From the NCBI GenBank assembly GCA_025963875.1, contig JAOPZY010000114.1:1-34519 (forward strand): 34,519 bases of DNA, in the 5' to 3' direction. Positions 11,049-20,325 of the stretch are shown piece after piece. The position numbers were made by a program, and so were the translations under genes. Under the pieces are notes generated by a model. It saw nothing but the letters and a program-made list of their open reading frames with translations. It had not been told where the DNA came from and made no database searches. Position 1 is the first letter of the stretch, and every line of letters begins with the position of its first letter. This stretch comes from Actinomycetota bacterium (GTDB lineage Bacteria; Actinomycetota; CADDZG01; JAHWKV01; JAOPZY01).

Positions 11049-11050
11049 GC

Positions 11051-11812
11051 TCAGCTCACCTCCGAGTGGGCACTGCGGTCGGCGGCCCGGCCCAGGTAGA
11101 CCTCCTGCACGACGAGGTCCGCCTGGACCTCGGCCACGGGCCCCTCGCAGAGGACCTTGCCCTCGTGCAGCACGGTCACCCGGCTGGCGAAGCGGCGCAC
11201 GAAATCCATGTCGTGCTCGACCACCACGAGGGTGCGGGTGAGGGCGATCGCCTGGAGGAGCTCGCCGGTGCGCGTGCGTTCCTCCTTGGTCATGCCTGCC
11301 ACCGGCTCGTCGAGCAGCAGGACCTTCGGGTTCTGCACGAGCAGCATCCCGATCTCGAGCCACTGGCGCTGGCCGTGCGACAGCGTCCCCCCGGGTTTCT
11401 CGGCGAACTCGCGCAGCCCCACCTCGTCGAGCACGCCGGCGATGGCGTCGTCCATGCCCCGCCGCCGGCGCAGGAGCTTGTACACCGGACGGCGGAACGA
11501 CGCCGCAAGGTCGATGTTCTCGACGACGCTGAGCCGCTCGAAGACGGTGGGGGTCTGGAACGTGCGCCCGATGCCCTCCCGGACCACCTCGTACTCCTTC
11601 AGGCCCAGCATCTCCTTGCCCGCGAAGCGCACCGACCCGGCCGCCGCCTTGACGAGGCCGGTGACGGTGTCGATCAGGGTCGTCTTGCCCGCTCCATTGG
11701 GGCCGATGAGGAAGCGGATCTCGCCGTCGGCGATGGTCAGGTCGACGCCGTCCACCGCCCGGAACCCGTCGAAGGACGTCACCAGGCCGCGGATCTCCAG
11801 GATCGCGCTCAC
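11051..11812 (-). CDS. urtD: Urea ABC transporter ATP-binding subunit
   Basis: GPNGAGKTT, FQTPTVF, LSHGQRQWLEIGMLL, VVEHDM. Confidence 0.93.
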   Translation of the reverse strand: MSAILEIRGLVTSFDGFRAVDGVDLTIADGEIRFLIGPNGAGKTTLIDTVTGLVKAAAGSVRFAGKEMLGLKEYEVVREGIGRTFQTPTVFERLSVVENIDLAASFRRPVYKLLRRRRGMDDAIAGVLDEVGLREFAEKPGGTLSHGQRQWLEIGMLLVQNPKVLLLDEPVAGMTKEERTRTGELLQAIALTRTLVVVEHDMDFVRRFASRVTVLHEGKVLCEGPVAEVQADLVVQEVYLGRAADRSAHSEVS

Positions 11813-12936
11813 GCCGGCACCACCTCGTCCTCCAGCCGCTTTGCCTCGTCGGCGGGCGATGCGCCGGGGGAGCCCCGGAGGCGGTCAAGGGCGCTGCGGC
11901 CGTAGCCGACAAGGCCGGCGAGGCCCATCGGGGCGAACCCGATGACGACGACGAAGAGCAGGCCCTCGAGGTAGAGCCAGCCCGAGGGGAACCGGTTGCT
12001 GAGCGAGGTCTTGGCGTAGTTGACGGCAAGGGCACCGATGACGGGGCCGACGAGGCTGGATCTCCCACCGAGGGCCACCAGGATCACCATCTCGATGCTG
12101 GGCACGATGCCGAGCAGGGCGGGGGAGATAATGCCGACCACCGGCACGAAGAGCGCCCCTGCCAGTCCGGCCATGCCTGCCGAGATGCTGAAGGCGATGA
12201 CCTTGATGACCGTGGGGTTGTAGCCGAGGAACCGGACCCGTTCCTCGCCGTCGCGCACGGCAACGAGGAGGCGTCCGTATCGGCTGGCCATGAGCTGCCG
12301 GGCCAGGAGGAACATGGCACCCAGCACGCCCGCGGTGATGAAGTAGAACATCCGCTGGTTCGTGGGATCCGCGAGATCGAGGCCGAAGGCCTGGCTGAAG
12401 TTGGTCAGGCCGTTCGTGCCACCCGTGTAGCCCTGCTCACCGATGAGCAGGATCACGAACGCCGCGGCGAGGGCCTGCGTCAGGATGGCGAAGTAGGCGC
12501 CGCGGACCCGCCGGCGGAAGACCATCGCTCCCAGGCCGGCTGCGACCGCCATCGGCACGACCACGACCGCGGGCAGGGCAATCCAGGCGTACTGGAATGG
12601 CTTCCAGAGCAGCGGCAGCTTCTCGACGCCGCTCCATGACATGAAGTCGGGGACCTTGCCCGGGCCGGCTGCCTGGAGCTTGAGGTACATGCCCATGGCG
12701 TAGCCGCCCAGACCGAAGAACACGCCCTGCCCGAGGCTCAGCATGCCGCCCTGGCCCCAGGCCAGGCCGATGCCGACGGCGATGATCGCGTAGCAGAGGT
12801 ACTTCGTGAACAGGTTGAGGCCGAAGTCGGAAAGCGTCGCCGGGGCGAGCACGAGGAAGCCGAGGGCCACGAGGGCGAAGCCGATCCGTCCGTACCACGG
12901 ATTCCTGGCCCCGCCGCTGGCTCCGGGCATCTTCAT
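11809..12936 (-). CDS. urtC: Urea ABC transporter permease
   Basis: WGQGGMLSLGQGVFFGLGGY, PDFMSWSG, GGTNGLT, PSIEMVI. ATGA overlap with the urtB stop. Confidence 0.93.
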   Translation of the reverse strand: MKMPGASGGARNPWYGRIGFALVALGFLVLAPATLSDFGLNLFTKYLCYAIIAVGIGLAWGQGGMLSLGQGVFFGLGGYAMGMYLKLQAAGPGKVPDFMSWSGVEKLPLLWKPFQYAWIALPAVVVVPMAVAAGLGAMVFRRRVRGAYFAILTQALAAAFVILLIGEQGYTGGTNGLTNFSQAFGLDLADPTNQRMFYFITAGVLGAMFLLARQLMASRYGRLLVAVRDGEERVRFLGYNPTVIKVIAFSISAGMAGLAGALFVPVVGIISPALLGIVPSIEMVILVALGGRSSLVGPVIGALAVNYAKTSLSNRFPSGWLYLEGLLFVVVIGFAPMGLAGLVGYGRSALDRLRGSPGASPADEAKRLEDEVVPA

Positions 12937-13814
12937 GTGAGTGCCCTGGTCTTGAGGACGAACAGCCCCTGGGGCCTCGCCTGCAGGAAGGCGACGATGG
13001 CCACGAAGACCACCACCTTGGCGAAGCTGGCCGACGTGCCCCACTCGACGTAGGCGTCGAGCACGCCGAGGGCGATTGCGGCGATGATGGCGCCCCGGAT
13101 CTGCCCGAGGCCCCCGACGACCACCACGAGGAACGCGTCGACGATGTAGTTGGTGCCCAGGGTCGGGCCGACGGAGCCGAGCTGCGTGAGGGCCACCCCA
13201 GCGACCCCGGCGAGCCCGGACCCGATGAAGAAGGTGCGCCGGTCCACCCTGGCCGTCGGGATGCCGCTGCACGCCGCAAGCTGCCGGTTCTGCATGACGG
13301 CCCGCATCCGCCGGCCCTGGGGCAGGTAGGTCATGTAGACCCAGATGCCGGCGACCGCCGCGGCGACCAGGGCCATGATGAAAAGGCGGGCATACGGCAT
13401 GTCCACCCCGGCAACGTGCACGCCGCCGACCAGCCAGGAGGGCGTGAGCACCTGCACGTTCGCGGCGCCGAACAGGTCACGGGCGAGCTGCTGGAGCATC
13501 AGGCTGACCCCCCAGGTGACGAGCAGCGTGTCGAGCGGCCGCCCGTACATCCGGCGGATGAGGACGGTCTCGAGGGCCACCCCCAGGGCGCCGGCGATGA
13601 CGAAGGCCACCGGGAGGGAGACCAGCAGCGAGGTCTCCCTCCCGAACGAGCCCTGCAGCATGTAGGCGGTGTAGGCCCCCGCCATGATGAACTCGCCGTG
13701 GGCCATGTTGATAACGTTCATCTGGCCGAAGGTGAAGGTCAGCCCGAGCGCGATGAGCAGCAGCGTGGCGCCGATGCCCAGGCCCGTGAAGGCCTGCGTC
13801 AGCAGGCTTCCCAT
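12933..13814 (-). CDS. urtB: Urea ABC transporter permease
   Basis: FGQMNVINMAHGEFIMAGAY, YGRPLDTLLVTWG, YIVDAFLVVVVGG. Confidence 0.93.
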   Translation of the reverse strand: MGSLLTQAFTGLGIGATLLLIALGLTFTFGQMNVINMAHGEFIMAGAYTAYMLQGSFGRETSLLVSLPVAFVIAGALGVALETVLIRRMYGRPLDTLLVTWGVSLMLQQLARDLFGAANVQVLTPSWLVGGVHVAGVDMPYARLFIMALVAAAVAGIWVYMTYLPQGRRMRAVMQNRQLAACSGIPTARVDRRTFFIGSGLAGVAGVALTQLGSVGPTLGTNYIVDAFLVVVVGGLGQIRGAIIAAIALGVLDAYVEWGTSASFAKVVVFVAIVAFLQARPQGLFVLKTRALT

Positions 13815-13845
13815 TCGGCCTCCCTATCTCGGGGAGTAGCTCGTA

Positions 13846-15111
13846 CTATCCCTTCCACCACGTGTAGCTCTTGAGGTACGGGTCGGGCTTGATCGGCTGG
13901 GGCGAGCTCGAGACCTCGGTGATGAGGCCGTCGGCCCCGATCACGCCGATGCGGGCCGTCTTGTAGAGGTGCTGCGTGGGGCCGTCGATGGTCACCGTGC
14001 CCTCCGGTGCCGCAAAGGTGAGCCCGGCGGCGGCTGCCCTGACGGCCGCCACATCCGTGGATTGCGCCTTGTTGGCCGCCATCGCCCACAGGTGCACGGC
14101 GGTGTAACCGGCCTCCATGGGGTCGTCGACCGTCTGGTTGGCCCCGTACTTGGCCTTGTAGGCGGCGACGAACTTGGCGTTCTCCGGCGTGTTGGTCGTC
14201 TGGTAGTAGTTCCAGGCCGTGAGCTGACCGACGATGTTCTGGATGCCGATGCCCGCGACCTCCTGCTCGGCGATGCTGACCGACAGGACCGGCATCTGCT
14301 GGGGGGTGATCCCCGCTCCCTTGAGCTGCTTGAAGAAGGCGACGTTGCTGTCGCCGTTCAGCGTGTTGAAGACGGCGTCGGGCTTGTCGGCGGCGATCTT
14401 GTTGACGAGGGTGCCGAACTCCGTCGAACCCAGCGGCGTGTACTGCTCGTCGACGATCGTCATCCCGTTGGCCGCCGCGTAGGCCTTGATCTCCTTGTTG
14501 GCGGTACGGGGGAAGACGTAGTCGCTGCCGAGCAGGAAGAGCTTCGTCTTGCCCTGGGCCTTCAGGTACTCGAGGCCCGGGATGATCTGCTGGTTGGTCG
14601 TCGCGCCGGTGTAGTAGATGTCCGGCGAGCTCTCCAGGCCCTCGTACTGGACGGGGTACCACAGCAGGCCCTTGTACTGCTCGAACACCGGGAGCATCGC
14701 CTTGCGGCTCGCGGAGGTCCAGCCGCCGAAGACGGTGGCGACCTTGTCCACGGTGATGAGCTGCTTGGCCTTCTCGGCGAAGGTCGGCCAGTCGGAGGCC
14801 CCGTCCTGTGTCACGACCTGGAGCTGCTTGCCGAGCACGCCGCCCGCCGCGTTGACCTCGTCGATCGCCAGAAGCTCGGCATTCTTCACGGCCACCTCGC
14901 TGATGGCCATCGTGCCGCTGAGCGAGTGGAGGTCGCCGACCTTGATGATGGCGCCGACCACACCCGGCATCGCCCCCGAGCCGCCGCCCGACGCGGTGCC
15001 GGTTGGTGTGGCTCCTGTGGAAGTCGTGGCCTTCTTGCCGCACGCGGACGCAACCAGCGCCAGGACGCAGAGCAATGCCACGGGCAACAGCTCGTACCGA
15101 CGGTGCTTCAA
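13846..15111 (-). CDS. urtA: Urea ABC transporter substrate-binding lipoprotein
   Basis: [56 protein letters not shown]; lipobox ASAC. Start inferred at TTG 15111 after a G-rich RBS. Confidence 0.93.
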   Translation of the reverse strand: MKHRRYELLPVALLCVLALVASACGKKATTSTGATPTGTASGGGSGAMPGVVGAIIKVGDLHSLSGTMAISEVAVKNAELLAIDEVNAAGGVLGKQLQVVTQDGASDWPTFAEKAKQLITVDKVATVFGGWTSASRKAMLPVFEQYKGLLWYPVQYEGLESSPDIYYTGATTNQQIIPGLEYLKAQGKTKLFLLGSDYVFPRTANKEIKAYAAANGMTIVDEQYTPLGSTEFGTLVNKIAADKPDAVFNTLNGDSNVAFFKQLKGAGITPQQMPVLSVSIAEQEVAGIGIQNIVGQLTAWNYYQTTNTPENAKFVAAYKAKYGANQTVDDPMEAGYTAVHLWAMAANKAQSTDVAAVRAAAAGLTFAAPEGTVTIDGPTQHLYKTARIGVIGADGLITEVSSSPQPIKPDPYLKSYTWWKG

Positions 15112-15256
15112 GATCCTTGCCCCCCTCAAATCCTTCCCCCCTTCTCTGTCCTGAGCAGACGCTCTGTGTACAGACTCTGTGTACAAAGATGGATACAAAC
15201 TCAGGGCCCAGCCCGGTCCCGCCCAGGTACCATGGCGCGGATGTTAACGGTGGAAT

Positions 15257-15294
15257 GTTTCGCCCAAGATTCAGATTTGTGACGTGGAAGTAAA
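15257..15294 (-). promoter_or_regulatory. GlnR-type binding site upstream of the urt operon
   Basis: Minus strand TTTAC-n6-GTCAC-n6-GAATC-n6-GAAAC, 11-bp periodic, matching the GlnR gTnAc-n6-GaAAc pattern; candidate -10 TAACAT at 15241-15246. Confidence 0.7.
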
Positions 15295-15393
15295 CAAAGG
15301 ACTGGCCGCGGTTGGGGAACCCACCAACCGGGTAGACCGCCCGAATGCCTTCTCGCCCTTGGCTGGGAGTCCTCCGGTTACATTTGAGCCTTC

Positions 15394-15891
15394 GTGAGCC
15401 GTGCCTTCTTCGACCAGATCGACGACGAGCTGCGGGGTCTGCTCGGCCCGGCTCTGCGCAACTACGAGTCCGTCCGGGCCTCCCGGCTGATCAAGCTGTG
15501 GTACGCCGACCCGGCCATCCACTTCGAGGTGCAGATGGTTGCGCAACGGTGGTCGCCGACCCGGGGGCCGGTCATCGAGGTGGGGCTTCACCTGGAGCAC
15601 CCCGACCCTGCGGTCAATGAGCGTCGCCTGGTAGCGCTCAGCTCGGGCCGGGCGTCGTGGGCAGCCTCGCTTCCCGAAGCGGGTATCGGGCCGGCCCTCG
15701 GACCGAGGGCCGGTACGTGGCGGCGAGTCTCGGAGTTCCTGGAAGAAACCGGGCCCGATGACCCCGAGCTCGCCAGCGAGGCCGCGGAGCGGCTCGCCGT
15801 CTACGTGCGAACCCTCTGGCCGCTCCTCCGCCAGCAGGCCCTCGGTAATCCCGGCGACGAGGCCGATCCCGAGATAAGGTCTGGAGCATGA
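15394..15891 (+). CDS. Hypothetical protein, 165 aa
   Basis: Coding-like ORF (HFEVQ, IEVGLHLEH); ATGA overlap with the next gene. Confidence 0.7.
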   Translation: MSRAFFDQIDDELRGLLGPALRNYESVRASRLIKLWYADPAIHFEVQMVAQRWSPTRGPVIEVGLHLEHPDPAVNERRLVALSSGRASWAASLPEAGIGPALGPRAGTWRRVSEFLEETGPDDPELASEAAERLAVYVRTLWPLLRQQALGNPGDEADPEIRSGA

Positions 15892-17777
15892 CCTTGTTGG
15901 GGAGATCGCTCCGTCGCGGGCTGGGAGGGTCGCTCGCAGCCCTTCTCGGGGTGGTGGCAGTGGCCGTGCTGTCCGTGACGGCAACGCCGGTGGCCCAGGG
16001 CGCCCACGGGACCGCTGGTGGCACCGGCCGGGTCGTGCGACAGGTCGGTACCCAGAACCCCGGTCACGTCCCGAGGGGCTACTGGCTGGCCGCCACGGAC
16101 GGTGGCGTCTTCTCCTACGGCAACGCCCAGTTCAAGGGCAGCGTCGGAGCCCTCAACAAGCCGATCGTGGGCATGGCGACCACGCCGCTCGGCAACGGCT
16201 ACTGGCTGGCGGCGTCCGACGGCGGCATCTTCTCCTTCAACGTCCCCTTCCTCGGCTCCACGGGGGGCATCAAGCTCAACCAGCCCGTCGTGGCCATCAT
16301 CGCCAGCCCCCTGGGGGCCGGGTACTGGCTGGTCGCCTCCGACGGCGGCGTGTTCAACTTCGGCGTCCCATTGCTGGGCTCGACGGCCAGCACCAAGCTC
16401 AACAAACCCATCGTCGGCGCCGCAGCCACGCCCACCGGAGAGGGCTACTGGCTCGTCGCCTCCGACGGCGGGATCTTCTCCTTCGGCGACGCGGCGTTCT
16501 TCGGCTCGACGGGCAGCACGCCGCTCAACAAGCCCATCGTCGGCATGGCCTCCACCCCCACCGGGCAGGGCTACTGGCTCGTCGCCTCCGACGGCGGGAT
16601 CTTCTCCTTCGGCGACGCCGCCTTCTACGGCAGCGTCGGCGGCAACCCCGCCGTGAAGCCGGTCGTGGGCATCGCGGCCACCCCGAGCGGGCTGGGCTAC
16701 TGGCTGGCGGGATCCGACGGCGGGATCTTCTCCTTCGGCGACGCCACGTTCTTCGGCAGCGCGGGGGGCCTGCGCCTCAAGGCGCCCGTCGTCGGCATCG
16801 CCGGCGTACCCAACACGGGCCCTGGCAAGGTGGGCATCTTCTACTACCCGTGGTACGGCACCCCCGCGTCAACCGGAGCAGGGTGGAAGCATTGGGACCA
16901 GGGCGGCCACACGCCGCCGGACGACATCGGCGCCACCTATTACCCGGCCCGCGGCCCGTACTCCAGCACCGACACCGCCGTCGTGGATTCGCAGATGGCC
17001 GAGATCGCGGCCGCAGGTGTCAACCAGGTGATCGTGTCGTGGTGGGGGCAGGGAAGCTACGAGGACAAGGCGCTGTCCGTGGTCCAGACCGCCGCAGCCG
17101 CCCACGGGGTCGATGTGGCCATCCACCTCGAGCCCTACGGGGGCAGGGGCACCACGGGCCCCGCAGATATCAGCTATCTCACTGCCAAGGGCTTCAAAGT
17201 CTTCTACGCCTACCAGGCGACGCTCCTGAACTCGTCGTTCTGGGCGGCGATCCGGGCGCAGAACCCCAACATCACCATGTTCGCCAACGGGGGTCCTTCC
17301 TACACGAAGGCGGGCCAGGGGGGCCTGATCAACTTCGCGCTGCTGGGCGGATTCGACGGCATCTACACCTACGACCCCATCAACTTCTCGGGCGCGGATT
17401 TCGGGCCGCTCTGCGCTCTTGCCCGGGCGAACCGCTTGCAGTGCGCCCCGTCGGTGGCCCCCGGCTTCGACGGGACGAGGGCGACGACCATCAGCACGAT
17501 CCGGCCGCGTCTGGGCGGCGGCACCTACGACGCGATGTGGGCGGGGGCAATTGCCGCCGCGCCCGAGATCGTGACGATCACGAGCTACAACGAGTGGCAC
17601 GAGGGTTCGCAGATCGAGCCGGCCAAGCCCTTCTGCATCCCGAACCAGGGGACCTGCTACGCCGACTACACCGGTGACTTCGGCCTCGCCGACCCCCAGG
17701 CCCAGCAGGGCTACCTTAACCGGACCGCCGTCTGGTCGAATGCCTACCGCTCCACCCGCACCCCGGGCCTGCCGTAG
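15888..17777 (+). CDS. Secreted GH99/GH71-like glycoside hydrolase with N-terminal repeat domain
   Basis: Signal peptide; six GYWLxASDGGxFxF repeats; FYYPWYG, YPARGPYSS, VSWWG, HLEPY, FDGIYTY, SVAPGFD, ITSYNEWHEGSQIEPA. Confidence 0.85.
   Translation: MTLLGRSLRRGLGGSLAALLGVVAVAVLSVTATPVAQGAHGTAGGTGRVVRQVGTQNPGHVPRGYWLAATDGGVFSYGNAQFKGSVGALNKPIVGMATTPLGNGYWLAASDGGIFSFNVPFLGSTGGIKLNQPVVAIIASPLGAGYWLVASDGGVFNFGVPLLGSTASTKLNKPIVGAAATPTGEGYWLVASDGGIFSFGDAAFFGSTGSTPLNKPIVGMASTPTGQGYWLVASDGGIFSFGDAAFYGSVGGNPAVKPVVGIAATPSGLGYWLAGSDGGIFSFGDATFFGSAGGLRLKAPVVGIAGVPNTGPGKVGIFYYPWYGTPASTGAGWKHWDQGGHTPPDDIGATYYPARGPYSSTDTAVVDSQMAEIAAAGVNQVIVSWWGQGSYEDKALSVVQTAAAAHGVDVAIHLEPYGGRGTTGPADISYLTAKGFKVFYAYQATLLNSSFWAAIRAQNPNITMFANGGPSYTKAGQGGLINFALLGGFDGIYTYDPINFSGADFGPLCALARANRLQCAPSVAPGFDGTRATTISTIRPRLGGGTYDAMWAGAIAAAPEIVTITSYNEWHEGSQIEPAKPFCIPNQGTCYADYTGDFGLADPQAQQGYLNRTAVWSNAYRSTRTPGLP
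16077..16805 (+). repeat. Six intragenic 120-126 bp repeats (GYWLVASDGGIFSFGDA type)
   Basis: Repeat starts at 16077, 16197, 16320, 16443, 16569 and 16695. Confidence 0.9.
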
Positions 17778-17820
17778 GCCGGGACCGAGGGGTGGGCGCC
17801 GCCTAGCGAGCGAATCAGGT

Positions 17821-18447
17821 ATGGACAAGGACTCCCTTCAGCTCGTAGGGGACGGCTTGCTGTCGGCCCTCGCCCAGGGCGTTGACGGGGCCAAGGAGCT
17901 CGCCACGCAATGTATCGGCGCACTCCGTGAACGAGGCTGGGTCGGGGACGACGACCTCGCCGATCATCTCGCCTCCGCGATCGGGGAGGGCCCTACGCCG
18001 ATGCTCCGCCCGCTGCCGGTTCCTCTCGACGAGCTGGCCATCCTCCTCGAGGGCGACGTCCTGTCGGGCGGCGGGCGCATCGACCTCGAGACCGGCGAGG
18101 TCTGGCACCGGGCAGCCATTGAATACGAACAAGAGATAGGCAACGAGAACCCAGAAGACGAGGATCCCGATCGCTGGCTCTACGTTGACTGCGAGGGATC
18201 CAACGACGCCTATCGCGATATGGAGTGGTTCATTGGCACGGTCAGCGACCCCGACCGGGCCGACCGTCTGTGGATCGCCATCCAGGGCCGGGGGGCGTTC
18301 CGGCGCTTCAAGGACGTCCTCAGCCGCTGGCCTAGTGAGGTCGACCGCTGGTACGCCTTCTCGGAGGACCGGCAGCGAGGACGGGCCCGCAGCTGGCTGG
18401 CGGCAATGGGTTACCGGCCGTCGCCGCCGCCGAAAACCCCCGGATAG
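17821..18447 (+). CDS. UPF0158-family protein
   Basis: IDLETGEV, AYRDMEWFI, IAIQGRGAFRRFKDVL, DRWYAF, ARSWL. Confidence 0.75.
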   Translation: MDKDSLQLVGDGLLSALAQGVDGAKELATQCIGALRERGWVGDDDLADHLASAIGEGPTPMLRPLPVPLDELAILLEGDVLSGGGRIDLETGEVWHRAAIEYEQEIGNENPEDEDPDRWLYVDCEGSNDAYRDMEWFIGTVSDPDRADRLWIAIQGRGAFRRFKDVLSRWPSEVDRWYAFSEDRQRGRARSWLAAMGYRPSPPPKTPG

Positions 18448-18462
18448 GTTCGGGCCGTCGCC

Positions 18463-19269
18463 TCAGTACGAGTGGGCCTCGTCCGGGTAGGTGCCGGCCT
18501 CGACGTCACGGCGGTAGGCCGTGGCCGCCTCGACGATCGTCTCGCCCAGGTTGGCGTAGCGCTTCACGAACTTCGGCCCCGCCTCGTGGCTCGCTCCCAT
18601 GCCCAGCAGGTCGTGGACGACGAGCACCTGGGCGTCGCACCCGGCCCCGGCGCCAATGCCGATGGTGGGGATCGCCAGCGAACGGGTGACCGTGGTCGCC
18701 ACGGCCGCCGGGACCGCCTCCAGCACGAGGCTGAACGCCCCCGCCTTCTCCAGCTCCAGGGCGTGGGCCAGCAGCAGGTGGGCGTCCTCCTCGCTGCGGG
18801 CCTGGACCCGGTAGCCGCCGAGGGCGTGCACCGACTGGGGCGTGAGGCCCAGGTGCGCCATGACCGGCACGCCGAGCTCCGTCAGGGCCTGGGTCAGCTC
18901 GAGGTGCGGCCCCTCGATCTTGACGCCGTGCATGCCACCCTCCTTGAGGAAGCGGGTGGCGTTGCGGATCCCGTCCTCGACGGAGACCTGGTAGCTGCCG
19001 AAGGGCATGTCGCCGATGAGGAGTGCGTTGCGGGCACCCCGGGCGACCGCCCGGCAGTGGTGCAGCATCTCGTCCATCGTGACCGGCAGGGTGGTGTCGT
19101 ACCCGAGCACGACCTGCGCCAGCGAATCCCCGACGAGCAGCACGGGGATCCCCGCCTCGTCCAGGAGGCGGGCCGTCGGGAAGTCGTAGGCCGTGAGCAT
19201 GGCGAACCGCCTGCCCTCCGACTTGCAACGTGCGAGATCGCGCACCGTGGTCCGTGCGGGGACGGGCAT
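18463..19269 (-). CDS. panB: 3-methyl-2-oxobutanoate hydroxymethyltransferase
   Basis: MLTAYD, LLVGDS, GDMPFGSY, VKIEG, HLGLTPQS, IGIGAG..CDAQVLV. RBS AGGAG. Confidence 0.97.
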   Translation of the reverse strand: MPVPARTTVRDLARCKSEGRRFAMLTAYDFPTARLLDEAGIPVLLVGDSLAQVVLGYDTTLPVTMDEMLHHCRAVARGARNALLIGDMPFGSYQVSVEDGIRNATRFLKEGGMHGVKIEGPHLELTQALTELGVPVMAHLGLTPQSVHALGGYRVQARSEEDAHLLLAHALELEKAGAFSLVLEAVPAAVATTVTRSLAIPTIGIGAGAGCDAQVLVVHDLLGMGASHEAGPKFVKRYANLGETIVEAATAYRRDVEAGTYPDEAHSY

Positions 19270-19284
19270 GACGCACTCCTTTCT

Positions 19285-19310
19285 GGTCCCGGGGCTCCAG
19301 CCTCCAGGCC
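19285..19310 (-). promoter_or_regulatory. pan-motif-like hairpin in the panB 5' UTR
   Basis: GGCCTGGAGGC-TGGA-GCCCCGGGACC, a stem with two bulged A residues, between -10 TAAACT and the RBS. Confidence 0.5.
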
Positions 19311-19374
19311 TTCCCAATAGTTTACGGCGAAGGAGCGCAGAGGGAGCGCAAAGGGCGTTGCCTGAGATAATCCG

Positions 19375-20217
19375 ATGGTGAGCGACACCCCCTTGGAGCT
19401 TGCTGCCATCGAACGCGGCGCCGGGCCGGCCGTCACCCTCATCCACGGAGGTGTGTTCCACTCCGGTCCAGCCTGGGCGAAGACGATCGGGCCGCTGGTG
19501 CAGGGCGGCTACCGGGTGATCGCCGTCGACCGCCGGGGCTACGGCCGCTCGCCGCCCGGCGCGACCGACGCCATCGCGGTGAGCCTCCAGGCCAGCGACG
19601 TGGCGACGACGCTGGACCTTCGGGACGTCGAGGTGTCGCACGTGGCGGGCGTCTCGTACGGGGCGCTGGTGGCGCTGGAGCTGGCGCTGGCCCAGCCGAA
19701 GCGGGTCCTGTCGCTCACCCTGATCGAGCCAACGATCTTCTCCTGGCTGAAGGGCGACCCGGACTACGCTCCCTGGATCCACCGCTTCATGGAGCTGGAG
19801 AGCCTCGGCACCGCCGGCACGCCGCACCACGTGTGGCTCGAGCCCTGGCTGAGCCTCATCGATCCCGCCATGGCGAGGGACCTGCGGCCCGGCTCGCCCG
19901 CCTGGCCGCTCGTCGAGCGGGCGCTCGCCTACCAGTGGAGGGAGGAGTGCGTCTCCTCGTACCGCCCCGACGAGGATCTGCTCGATGCGTTCGCCGTCCC
20001 CACCCTCATCCTCAACGGGGGCGACAGCGAGCCGGCGCTGCGCGAAGTGGGGGAACTGCTCGCCGAACGCCTTCCGTCAGCCCAGCACGTGGAGGTGGCA
20101 GGGGCCGGCCACCAGCTTCACGCCCACAACGCTGCAGTGTTCAACCAGTTGCTGATCAGCTTCCTGGCGCGCAATTCGTCCGATTTGGAGGCCCAGGGGC
20201 ACCGTACGGTCCGGTAG
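19375..20217 (+). CDS. Alpha/beta fold hydrolase
   Basis: LIHGG, DRRGYGRS, GVSYG (Ser nucleophile), AGH. Confidence 0.88.
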   Translation: MVSDTPLELAAIERGAGPAVTLIHGGVFHSGPAWAKTIGPLVQGGYRVIAVDRRGYGRSPPGATDAIAVSLQASDVATTLDLRDVEVSHVAGVSYGALVALELALAQPKRVLSLTLIEPTIFSWLKGDPDYAPWIHRFMELESLGTAGTPHHVWLEPWLSLIDPAMARDLRPGSPAWPLVERALAYQWREECVSSYRPDEDLLDAFAVPTLILNGGDSEPALREVGELLAERLPSAQHVEVAGAGHQLHAHNAAVFNQLLISFLARNSSDLEAQGHRTVR

Positions 20218-20325
20218 GAGACCAGTAGGGGCCCAGTAGGGGCGGGCCCCGCGATATCATCTTTACGCAGCCCAGACGCGTCGAGTCCGGCTCGTCCGCA
20301 GGCGGGCACGGAGGGTCCAGAGACC

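Noticed and set aside
17674..17820. Upstream extension of the UPF0158 ORF
   Set aside because: Overlaps the glycosidase 3' end with low-complexity sequence; ATG 17821 is preferred.
20222..20243. Tandem CCAGTAGGGGC x2
   Set aside because: Only two 11-bp units; likely a slippage duplication.
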